From an uncultured Fidelibacterota bacterium (GTDB lineage: Bacteria > Fidelibacterota > Marinisomatia > Marinisomatales > Marinisomataceae), in assembly GCA_913045065.1 (NCBI GenBank), contig CAJWPX010000002.1, forward strand, positions 1 to 38,749: a DNA stretch of 38,749 nt, read 5' to 3'. The first letter of the stretch is position 1, and each line of letters opens with the position of its first letter. The notes below the pieces were generated by a model. The model saw nothing but the letters and a program-made list of their open reading frames with translations, made no database searches and was not told where the DNA came from. Both the position numbers and the translations under genes were made by a program. Below are positions 13,300 through 21,862 of this stretch, one piece after another.

Positions 13300-14727
13300 T
13301 TAACTAAATTTATCTGTCTTTTTCAACACATTTAGAAACTTTATTGCTTCTTTATGAGAATTTCCTATTTCACCATCTAAAATAGCTTCTTCAATGAGAG
13401 ATTTGATTGCCCCAATTTTTTTCCCAGCTGACAAATTAAACATTTTCATAATCTCATCTCCTTTAACAGGAGATTGGAATGAACGCAACTCATCTAATTT
13501 ATCAACTTCATTCATTCGTTTTTCGACACGATCAAAATTAGATAGGTATTTTTTAACATTATCAGGATTCTTTGTAGTAATATCCGCTCTACACAATAAC
13601 ATTAAATCATCTAAATGTTCACCGCCATCTACAATCAACCTTCTAATTGCAGAATCAGTAACTTCTTTTTTTGCCAAACTGATTGGTCGTAAGTGTAATG
13701 CAGTTAATTTCTGGATATAATTTTTAGTTTTATTAGAAAATTTCATTCTTTTTGAAATCTCTTCTAACATTCTTGAACCAAGATCGTCATGGCCATAAAA
13801 TGTGTATCCTTTTTTACTATGTAATCTTCTAGTTTTAGGCTTAGCAATATCATGCACCAATGCTGCTAAGCGCAAATTAGTATCATTAGACAATTTTGCA
13901 GCATTATCTACTACTTCCATTGTATGAAAAAAAATATCTTTGTGATGCCATTCACTTGTCTGTTCTAATCCATACATAACAGCAATTTCAGGAAAAACAT
14001 ATTTTAACAAATCTGTTTCCTGTAGCATAATTAATCCAACTGATGGTTTTGGAGTTCCTAATATTTTAAACAATTCATTGGTAATTCTTTCTTGAGAAAC
14101 AATTTTAATCCTATCAACATTACTTTTTATTGATTTCAAACATTTTTTATCAAGATTCATTGATAATTTTGATGCGAAATATGCAGCTCTCATCATTCGT
14201 AAAGGATCTTCTTTAAATGTAGTATCAGGATTTACTGGAGTAATTAATAGTTTTGATTTTAAATGCTGAATACCATTAAATGGATCAATTAAAGTACCAA
14301 ATTCATTCTTTACCAAAGAAATTGCTATAGCATTAATAGTAAAATCTCTTCTCTTTAAATCATTAGTAACATCTGTAATATCAACTGATTCTGGTTTTCT
14401 TGAATCCTTAGCATAAGATTCAAGCCTTGCAGACGCTACTTCAATCTGACATTCTTTATATGGAATACGTGCAGTAAAAAACTCTGGAAAAGGCACAATT
14501 GTTTTTACACCTAATTTTTTAGCAAGTTTCTTTGCATAATCGATTGCATCTCCTTCAATCATAATATCAATATCTGTAGCATCTTTTTGAGGGTCCATCA
14601 ACAAATCTCTTACACAACCGCCAACTAGGAATGTTGGGACATTGATATCATCAGATAGCTTGCTAATTTCCTTTGATAAGCGATATAATCTCTCATTTAC
14701 CTTAATTATGTCTTTAATTATTGCCAT
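13300..14727 (-). CDS. CCA-adding tRNA nucleotidyltransferase / poly(A) polymerase-family enzyme with C-terminal HD domain
   Basis: 475 aa. Class-II nucleotidyltransferase head GGCVRDLL...DIDI, then RRDFTINA, then an HD domain (VHDIAKPKT). Confidence 0.8.
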   Translation of the reverse strand: MAIIKDIIKVNERLYRLSKEISKLSDDINVPTFLVGGCVRDLLMDPQKDATDIDIMIEGDAIDYAKKLAKKLGVKTIVPFPEFFTARIPYKECQIEVASARLESYAKDSRKPESVDITDVTNDLKRRDFTINAIAISLVKNEFGTLIDPFNGIQHLKSKLLITPVNPDTTFKEDPLRMMRAAYFASKLSMNLDKKCLKSIKSNVDRIKIVSQERITNELFKILGTPKPSVGLIMLQETDLLKYVFPEIAVMYGLEQTSEWHHKDIFFHTMEVVDNAAKLSNDTNLRLAALVHDIAKPKTRRLHSKKGYTFYGHDDLGSRMLEEISKRMKFSNKTKNYIQKLTALHLRPISLAKKEVTDSAIRRLIVDGGEHLDDLMLLCRADITTKNPDNVKKYLSNFDRVEKRMNEVDKLDELRSFQSPVKGDEIMKMFNLSAGKKIGAIKSLIEEAILDGEIGNSHKEAIKFLNVLKKTDKFS

Positions 14728-14757
14728 TTTGTAAATTAAAAAATATATCTTTCAATT

Positions 14758-15597
14758 ATGCTAGAAAAACTAAATAAACAAATTTTTCTTATTCTATTCA
14801 TTTCTTTATTAAATGGACAATTTAAGGATACTTCTATTGCATTTGATGATCGTCTCCTTAAATCAGATGAAAGATCTTCTTTGTTTCAATTAGAAAATGA
14901 TATTAAAAGATTTTATGAATACACAGTATGGAATGAAGAATATAGTGATTTAGCAATTAATTTAAATATTCAAATTATTTTTGAAGGAAGTGCTAATCAA
15001 GGCAGTGCACAAACATATGCAATTCAATCACTATTTAGCAATGGAAAAGATCTACATTTTTTTGATAAAGGATCTCAATTTGTTTTAAACCAAAATTCTC
15101 TCTATTATGACAGTGTCTATTTTGATCCGTTATCAAGTCTATTAGGATTTTACGGAAATATTATCCTGGGAGCAGAATTAGATACTTGGTCATTATTTGG
15201 CGGTACTTCTCACTATGAAAAAGCAAGATCTATTGCAATTCGATCAAATGCATCCAATTCTCCTAGAGGATGGGAACAACGTTTAATACTTATTGAATTA
15301 TTAACAGCAAATATTGGCTTAAGAAAACTAAGATATTCTACCTATTTAAGTTATGATCAGTATAAGGAGGGTAGAATAGACGCATGTTCAGAATCATTAA
15401 CTGAATTTGTTAACAATTTAGATGAGATTTTTAACAATTATAGCCAAGAAAATTATACAACAATCTTTATGAAATTTCATGGAAAAAAGATTGGTGAAAT
15501 AATGAAAAAACTTGGTCAGAAAGAACTTTTAAACAAAATGATCTACTTGGATGCTCAAAGAAAAGATATTTATGAAAATTATTTAAGTGAAATCTGA
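14758..15597 (+). CDS. Secreted DUF4835-like protein (family annotated in Bacteroidota as T9SS protein PorD)
   Basis: 279 aa. Signal peptide MLEKLNKQIFLILFISLLNGQ. The core LLGFYGNIILGAELDTWSLFGGTSHYEKARSIAIRSNAS..GWEQRLILIELL matches my memory of the DUF4835 consensus. No alignment was run. Confidence 0.55.
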   Translation: MLEKLNKQIFLILFISLLNGQFKDTSIAFDDRLLKSDERSSLFQLENDIKRFYEYTVWNEEYSDLAINLNIQIIFEGSANQGSAQTYAIQSLFSNGKDLHFFDKGSQFVLNQNSLYYDSVYFDPLSSLLGFYGNIILGAELDTWSLFGGTSHYEKARSIAIRSNASNSPRGWEQRLILIELLTANIGLRKLRYSTYLSYDQYKEGRIDACSESLTEFVNNLDEIFNNYSQENYTTIFMKFHGKKIGEIMKKLGQKELLNKMIYLDAQRKDIYENYLSEI

Positions 15598-16592
15598 GAA
15601 AAATATTTTTTTCTTTTAAAAAAATAATCTATTGCAATGCTTTTGTCATAAATATTATCTAACTGAGTAATCTGATTATTTCTTCTAATCTTAATTATTT
15701 TACCGGCAAAAAATAGTATCCAAATCTGTGCAAATAATATTGCAAAAAATCTTCTGATATCCAATGTCATTACAGAATAGGCTAAAGCCATCCAATCGAG
15801 TACTAATCTTTGAATAATTAGAATACCATAATTAAAAGTAAAAGAGTTCTTAAAAAATAGAATCCAAGAGTTTCGATGATTTAGATAGTGTGACTTAATA
15901 GTATTTTCTTTGATCGTCTGTTTGCCATAATGATAAACAAATGAATCGGGAACAGAATAAATTTTATATCCCATTGCTTGAGCTCTCCAACACAAATCTA
16001 TTTCTTCCATGTAGGCAAAATAAACTTTGTCAAAACCTTCTAATGTTTTAAAAATATTAGATCGTATCATAAATGCTGCACCAGATGCCCAAAATATTCT
16101 TGATGGATTGTTATATTGGCTATGATCTTCCTCTAACGTATGGAAGATTCTTCCTTGAACAAATGGAAAACAAAATTTATCAATAAATCCTCCTGCACCT
16201 CCTGCATAATCAAATAATTTTTTATTATGAATATTTAAGATTTTAGGTTGAACAGCAGCAATCTTTGAATTTGAATCTAGAAAATGAACTAACTTTTCAA
16301 TCCATTCGCTCGAATGTTCCGTATCATTATTCAAGAATAACAAATATTTTCCACTTGCATGGGTTGCACCAAGATTGCATCCTCCACTGTAACCTAGATT
16401 AGAATTACTTGAAATAATTTCAACATTTTGAAAATTACTTTTTATTCGATTGATTGAATCATCAGTAGAAGCATTATCTACAACGATAAGTTCAAAATCT
16501 TTGATTGAAATGTTTTTATAGATAGAATCAATACAATTATATAGTAAATCTTCCCCATTGTAGTGTGGGATAATGATTGATACCGTGTTCAT
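15579..16592 (-). CDS. Family-2 glycosyltransferase with C-terminal membrane segments
   Basis: 337 aa. N-terminal VSIIIPHYNG, VVDNASTDDS and FLNNDTEH (DxD-like). Two hydrophobic helices near the C-terminus. The 3' end overlaps the convergent DUF4835-like gene by 19 nt. Confidence 0.85.
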   Translation of the reverse strand: MNTVSIIIPHYNGEDLLYNCIDSIYKNISIKDFELIVVDNASTDDSINRIKSNFQNVEIISSNSNLGYSGGCNLGATHASGKYLLFLNNDTEHSSEWIEKLVHFLDSNSKIAAVQPKILNIHNKKLFDYAGGAGGFIDKFCFPFVQGRIFHTLEEDHSQYNNPSRIFWASGAAFMIRSNIFKTLEGFDKVYFAYMEEIDLCWRAQAMGYKIYSVPDSFVYHYGKQTIKENTIKSHYLNHRNSWILFFKNSFTFNYGILIIQRLVLDWMALAYSVMTLDIRRFFAILFAQIWILFFAGKIIKIRRNNQITQLDNIYDKSIAIDYFFKRKKYFSQISLK

Positions 16593-19468
16593 GAATTTTG
16601 GAGTTTCTTTATTTCATCTAATAATTTTGTAGCTTCTAAATCAGTAGGACTACGTACTAACCAATCTTCCATTAAGAGAATAGCATTATCATACTCTTCA
16701 AGCTCTTTGTAACATAGATAGAGTAAAAATACTAGTTCAGGTAGTGATTCTTGCCATTCTTTCCATTCTAATGAAGTAATTTTTGTTGATTTAAACCCTT
16801 GTACTTCAAGAGCTTTTTCGATGATAGTAAAATTATCATAAATCGTTTTAAAAATGGTTTTTGCTTCATTATAATCTTCTAAAGTTTGAATAAAAGTCTT
16901 TCCATATAACAAATAATCATTAATAGCTAAATCATTTCTCTCTATCAATTGATTAAGATGATATCTGAGCTTTGCCTTATTACCTAAACCACCATATAAT
17001 TGCCCAATTTGATATTGCAATTCTTTTGATGGAATTTCAATAATGTCAGTTGGCATTTTCTTCTCCATATCTAACAATACTTTTTCTGCTTTACCAAAAT
17101 TTTTATTAAGATAATGTGAAATTGCCAATCTGGTAAATCCGGTTCTATAATTTTGAATTAATCTACCCAATTGTGGATCAACATATATATTGTCATTTGC
17201 AAGGTTTCTGTAAATATATCCCGGTTGATATGTCTTTGAGATTGATAGGTTGGTATTATTATTATAATTCTTATTATAATCTATAAACCAACTTTCATCT
17301 CCTATGATAGATAATAGATTATTGGTCATCGCATCAGCATCGATAATTTGAGATGTATTATTGGATAAACGGTATGCTAAACCTTCCATGGTTAAATACT
17401 CTTCAAGATTTAACATACTAGTCGGAGAGACAGTGACTGCAAAATATACAGGTCGATTCCAGTTGTTATCTTTAATGATTCTTAATACCATCAAATCCTG
17501 AATACGTAATGCAACATCAAAATATGTTGGATTTAATTTCCATTCAATTTTTCCTGAATTGTTTAGAGAATCTTTTGGAGCAGGAATGGAAATTATCGTA
17601 GGAGACCACGCTTTGAAATCTAGGTTATTAATTTCATTCTCATTCATATTAATAAAAGAATTATCCTGATTTTGATCTTGAAGCTGTTTGACATACCATG
17701 GAGTATTCAACAAGCTTAAGTTTGTAACACTAATATCTTTTCTTATCCCTTCTACTTCTTGTAAATACCATAATGGAAAAGTATCATTATCTCCATTTGT
17801 AAAAAGAATAGCATTTGGTTTACATGTTTGCAACATATTATATGCCATATCCCATGCGATATAATTACCAGTACGATCGTGTTCATGATAATTTGCTAAT
17901 AACATTCTTATTGGAATAAATGCTAAAAACATTGTAATCATAAAATATGAAGCAGGTAATTTGAAAGATTTTTCAAGGAATGTGTCGTTTATTTTACGAA
18001 TAAATCCAAAGATTCCAATAGCAATCCAAATAGAAAATGTCATGAAACTACCAACATAAGAATAATCTCTTTCTCTAGGTTGTGGATTATCTTGATTAAG
18101 ATAGAACACAATAGCAATGCCAGTCATAATAAATAAGACTAGAAGCGAGAATGCATCATATTGATTCTTACGAAAGTGAAAATACAATCCATATAAACCA
18201 ATCATTAAAGCAAGTGGAAGACCAAATTGACTCCAATCAACTCCATCTTGTTTTTTGCTTGCCCCTAAAGGAGATACCAATGAATCATCTGTAGAACCTT
18301 TTCCAGCAAATTGCCATAAGAAATACCTTAAATACATCTTATTGATCTGATAACTCCATAAAAAAGTCATTTGTTCAGAGAATTTATAAGTTGCATAATC
18401 GTAATTTTGTTCTTTAGAAAATTTTAAATTTTCATACTCTGGTTTCCCAACAACTGCTATTTTGGATGGAAGGTTGTCAAATTTTCTAGGGAAAAAAGAA
18501 ATATTACCATATTGATCTCTATTTAGGTATGAAATTGCCTCTTCTATTGTTTCTGGATTATTTTCATCAATAACAGGATTTTGACCAGAACGAATAAAAA
18601 TAGTAAAATATGTAGAGTAACCAATTATAATTAGTAAGACTGAAGTGGAAATTATTGCTAATAAAGTTTTTTCATTTTTGATACTTATGTATGCGCCATA
18701 AACCAAACCACATATCAAAATAAATAAGGCATAAAATCCCATTTGCAGAACTAATTGAGGCAACCCTTTAATAATACCATTTTGTATAAGAAGAAAAACA
18801 AAAAATGCTAATAATGTTGTTATAAAAAAAGTTTTCATAGAAAACTTATTGATAGAAAAATATATAATTAATGCAATAAATGGTATAGTAAGCAAATTAA
18901 GTAAATGAATTCCAATTGCTAAACCCATAAGATAGACAATCATTATTAAATAAATAATATGATAACTTTTCTGTCTATTCTTTGACCACAACATGGTTAA
19001 ATACACCACTAATGCAGTCATAAATCCACTAAGAGCATATACTTCAGCTTCTACAGCATTAAACCAATGGCTATGAGTAAATGCAAATGTTAATGAAGCA
19101 ATAAATGAAGATCCAAATTTAAGAATAGAATTATCCGTAGTATAATTATTAAGGCGTTCTATAAATTGATTACAGATTAAAAACAACAAAGAAATAGTTG
19201 CAGCACTAATAATTGGTGAAAAAATATTAATCCGAAATGCAATATCACTACTAATTGGAAAAAGACTAAAAAGTTTTCCAATTAATAGAAATAATGGATT
19301 ACCAGGGGGGTGTGGAACTCCAAGGATATATGATGTTGCAATAAATTCTCCAGTATCCCAAAACGATACTGTTGGAGCCATAGTAGAAAAATAAACAAAA
19401 AATGTTAAAAAAAATAAAACAACGGCTAAAGTATATTCAACATTATTTTTTATTTTCTGTATCATCAT
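16589..19468 (-). CDS. DUF2723-family polytopic membrane protein (GT-C-like, TMEM260/protein O-mannosyltransferase-related) with a large C-terminal soluble domain
   Basis: Signature first loop APTVSFWDTGEFIATSYILGVPHPPGNPLFLL. About 10 or more hydrophobic helices in the first 520 aa or so, followed by about 400 aa of soluble sequence with a helical-repeat-like tail. The track ORF starts at 19501. I prefer Met 19468 or 19465 (MMIQKIKNN), just before the first TM helix. Confidence 0.75.
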   Translation of the reverse strand: MMIQKIKNNVEYTLAVVLFFLTFFVYFSTMAPTVSFWDTGEFIATSYILGVPHPPGNPLFLLIGKLFSLFPISSDIAFRINIFSPIISAATISLLFLICNQFIERLNNYTTDNSILKFGSSFIASLTFAFTHSHWFNAVEAEVYALSGFMTALVVYLTMLWSKNRQKSYHIIYLIMIVYLMGLAIGIHLLNLLTIPFIALIIYFSINKFSMKTFFITTLLAFFVFLLIQNGIIKGLPQLVLQMGFYALFILICGLVYGAYISIKNEKTLLAIISTSVLLIIIGYSTYFTIFIRSGQNPVIDENNPETIEEAISYLNRDQYGNISFFPRKFDNLPSKIAVVGKPEYENLKFSKEQNYDYATYKFSEQMTFLWSYQINKMYLRYFLWQFAGKGSTDDSLVSPLGASKKQDGVDWSQFGLPLALMIGLYGLYFHFRKNQYDAFSLLVLFIMTGIAIVFYLNQDNPQPRERDYSYVGSFMTFSIWIAIGIFGFIRKINDTFLEKSFKLPASYFMITMFLAFIPIRMLLANYHEHDRTGNYIAWDMAYNMLQTCKPNAILFTNGDNDTFPLWYLQEVEGIRKDISVTNLSLLNTPWYVKQLQDQNQDNSFINMNENEINNLDFKAWSPTIISIPAPKDSLNNSGKIEWKLNPTYFDVALRIQDLMVLRIIKDNNWNRPVYFAVTVSPTSMLNLEEYLTMEGLAYRLSNNTSQIIDADAMTNNLLSIIGDESWFIDYNKNYNNNTNLSISKTYQPGYIYRNLANDNIYVDPQLGRLIQNYRTGFTRLAISHYLNKNFGKAEKVLLDMEKKMPTDIIEIPSKELQYQIGQLYGGLGNKAKLRYHLNQLIERNDLAINDYLLYGKTFIQTLEDYNEAKTIFKTIYDNFTIIEKALEVQGFKSTKITSLEWKEWQESLPELVFLLYLCYKELEEYDNAILLMEDWLVRSPTDLEATKLLDEIKKLQNS

Positions 19469-19757
19469 TACTGTGTTCTTCTTTTTTCTCTTCTTCCACA
19501 AAATTCATTTTTAATTCTGATAGAATTTTATCAATATATTGTTTCTCATTCTCATCTAAGCTTGCTTCCATTCTACTATTAATCATTTCAAGCATATCAA
19601 TTTGAAGTGAAGCGCTTCTTAGATCAACTTCTGTTGTATCAGTGACAGGATTCTTCATTTTTCCAAGCGCAATCCAAACTCCATAAACAGATTGAGAAAT
19701 TAACATATCAAAAAGTTGTTTTTCAGTATATGATTCATCAGTCATTTTTTTCTCCAT
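19443..19757 (-). CDS. DUF1844-like small acidic protein
   Basis: 104 aa. LFDMLISQSVYGVWIALGKMKNPVTD...DLRSASLQIDMLEMI resembles the DUF1844 core as I remember it. Acidic tail. Start overlaps the recG stop by 1 nt (TAATG). Confidence 0.55.
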   Translation of the reverse strand: MEKKMTDESYTEKQLFDMLISQSVYGVWIALGKMKNPVTDTTEVDLRSASLQIDMLEMINSRMEASLDENEKQYIDKILSELKMNFVEEEKKEEHSNDDTENKK

Positions 19758-21853
19758 TAATTAACAGTTGTTTTTAAGAAAAGTTTTAAATACTCCGAGT
19801 TAAATCTTTCTTTGATTAATTTATTAATAGGTTTACTTAAATTTGCATCATTATCTATCATATCAAAAGCTTTCATTCTTGCAAATCTAATTATCTTGCC
19901 ATCGGTAACAAGATTAGCAATTCTAAATTTAATAAATCCACTTTGTTTTTCACCAAAAAATTCACCAGGACCTCTTAATTTCAAATCTTCATCCGCAATT
20001 TCAAATCCATTTCTTGTTTGAGTAAGAATTGATAATCTTTGTTTTGTATTTTCTACACCGCTGTCACTACACAAGATACAATAACTTGTTAACAATCCTC
20101 GCCCAACTCTTCCACGCAATTGATGAATTTGACTCAATCCAAATCGTTCACAATTGTTAATTAATATAACAGAAGCATTGGGATTATCAATTCCAACTTC
20201 AATTACTGTTGTAGATATTAATATTTGAATTTTATTGTCCATAAATTTTGTCATCATTGCATTTTTTTCATCTGTATCTAACTTTCCATGTATCAATCCA
20301 ACTCTATAGTCTTGAAAAACAGAATCTTTTAAAGCAAGATATGACTGATTTGCAGCTTCTAAATCTTGTTTTTCAGTTTCCTCAATTAGAGGATAAACAA
20401 TAATCGATTGTTCATTATTTTTAGCTTTTTCTATGATAAAATCATAGGCAGTATTGAGATTATTTTTTTGAATTTGTGATGTAAATATATCTGGTCTATT
20501 CTTAGGTAGTTCATCAATAATAGATAAATCCATATCGCCATTATATGTAATAGCTAATGTTCTAGGAATCGGAGTGGCTGTCATTGCTAAAAGATTTGGA
20601 ACTTTACATTTTTCCAAGAGACGTTTTCTTTGATTAACTCCAAATCGATGTTGTTCATCGATAATAACAAAACCAAGATTTTTGAACGATACATCTTTTT
20701 GAAATAATGCATGAGTTCCAATTACAATCATTGCATCTCCATCATTGATTTTTTTTAATACCTTTTTTTTGTCGTTGGTTTTTAAACTACCAACTAAAAG
20801 TTCAGATTCTATTCCAATCTTTTCAAAATTATCTCTAAAATTTTTATACAATTGTTTTGCTAAAATATCAGTTGGAGCCATAATTGCAACCTGATAATCA
20901 TTATCAACCACAACAGAAGATGCAAGTATTGAGACAATAGTTTTTCCGCATCCAACATCTCCTTGCAACATTCTATTCATAGGTTTTTCCAACAAGAAAT
21001 CTTCGATAATTTCTCTTAATACACTTTTTTGACTATCGGTAAGATCAAAACTAAGGTTTTTGAGAATCATATTATATTTTTGTGTTTTGAATTCAATAAT
21101 ATCAAATGTTTTTTCGTTGATTTCCTTTTTTCTCAAGGCTAATAATAGTTGAAGGAAAAAGTGTTCATCAAATTTTAATCGATGAATCGCTTCTTTTGAC
21201 TCATTAATATCTTGTGTAAAATGCACATTTCTAATAGCCTTATCAAGGCTACATATTTCGAATGATTCCAATTGTTCTTCACTAAAATGATCATCTATAT
21301 TATCAATTGATTCTAGTGCTTGATAAATAATTTTCCTCATATTCCTATTAGTCAATCCTGCATTTTTTAAATCTTCAGTTAAAGGATATACCGGAATCAC
21401 AAATCCTGTACTTAATGCGACTTCATTCTCATTGAGCTTATCATATTCAGGGTGTACAATTTGAAAACGTCCCCGATAATCAGCTACTTTACCGTGAATA
21501 GTGATGACTTCACCTTCCTGCAATGATTCCTTGATATAATCAACTCCCCTGAACCACATTAGATTGATTGATCCAGTAGAATCATAAAGTGTAGCAGTTA
21601 AAAATGTGCCACGTTTCATTTTTCTAAGACTTAAAGATTTAATTTTGCCGATTAGGTTTACTTCTAAATCAATTGCAATAGAATCAATGGTCTGGATAGA
21701 TGTTCTATCTAAATATTTTCTAGGGAAGTAATAAAGTAGATCTTTTAGAGTTACAATCTCAACAGATTCAAAAGCTTTGGATCGTCTTGGACCTACTCCT
21801 TTTAAATACTGAACAGGTGTTTCTAACGAATTAGAAGATTTATTGAGTTCCAT
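19757..21853 (-). CDS. recG: ATP-dependent DNA helicase RecG
   Basis: 698 aa. Wedge/OB N-terminus, helicase motif I GDVGCGKT, DEQHRFG, TATPIPRT and QLRGRVGRG. Confidence 0.93.
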   Translation of the reverse strand: MELNKSSNSLETPVQYLKGVGPRRSKAFESVEIVTLKDLLYYFPRKYLDRTSIQTIDSIAIDLEVNLIGKIKSLSLRKMKRGTFLTATLYDSTGSINLMWFRGVDYIKESLQEGEVITIHGKVADYRGRFQIVHPEYDKLNENEVALSTGFVIPVYPLTEDLKNAGLTNRNMRKIIYQALESIDNIDDHFSEEQLESFEICSLDKAIRNVHFTQDINESKEAIHRLKFDEHFFLQLLLALRKKEINEKTFDIIEFKTQKYNMILKNLSFDLTDSQKSVLREIIEDFLLEKPMNRMLQGDVGCGKTIVSILASSVVVDNDYQVAIMAPTDILAKQLYKNFRDNFEKIGIESELLVGSLKTNDKKKVLKKINDGDAMIVIGTHALFQKDVSFKNLGFVIIDEQHRFGVNQRKRLLEKCKVPNLLAMTATPIPRTLAITYNGDMDLSIIDELPKNRPDIFTSQIQKNNLNTAYDFIIEKAKNNEQSIIVYPLIEETEKQDLEAANQSYLALKDSVFQDYRVGLIHGKLDTDEKNAMMTKFMDNKIQILISTTVIEVGIDNPNASVILINNCERFGLSQIHQLRGRVGRGLLTSYCILCSDSGVENTKQRLSILTQTRNGFEIADEDLKLRGPGEFFGEKQSGFIKFRIANLVTDGKIIRFARMKAFDMIDNDANLSKPINKLIKERFNSEYLKLFLKTTVN

Positions 21854-21862
21854 TAATAAACA

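Noticed and set aside
13394-13720. Other plus-strand ORFs of 60-108 aa nested inside minus-strand genes (for example 13394-13720, 25010-25324, 37894-38190, 11904-12203, 28576-28818)
   Set aside because: All are fully contained in well-supported conserved genes. They have skewed Ser/Ile/Phe/Leu/Asn composition and no recognisable motifs or plausible upstream gaps. I treat them as frame artefacts opposite codon-biased genes.
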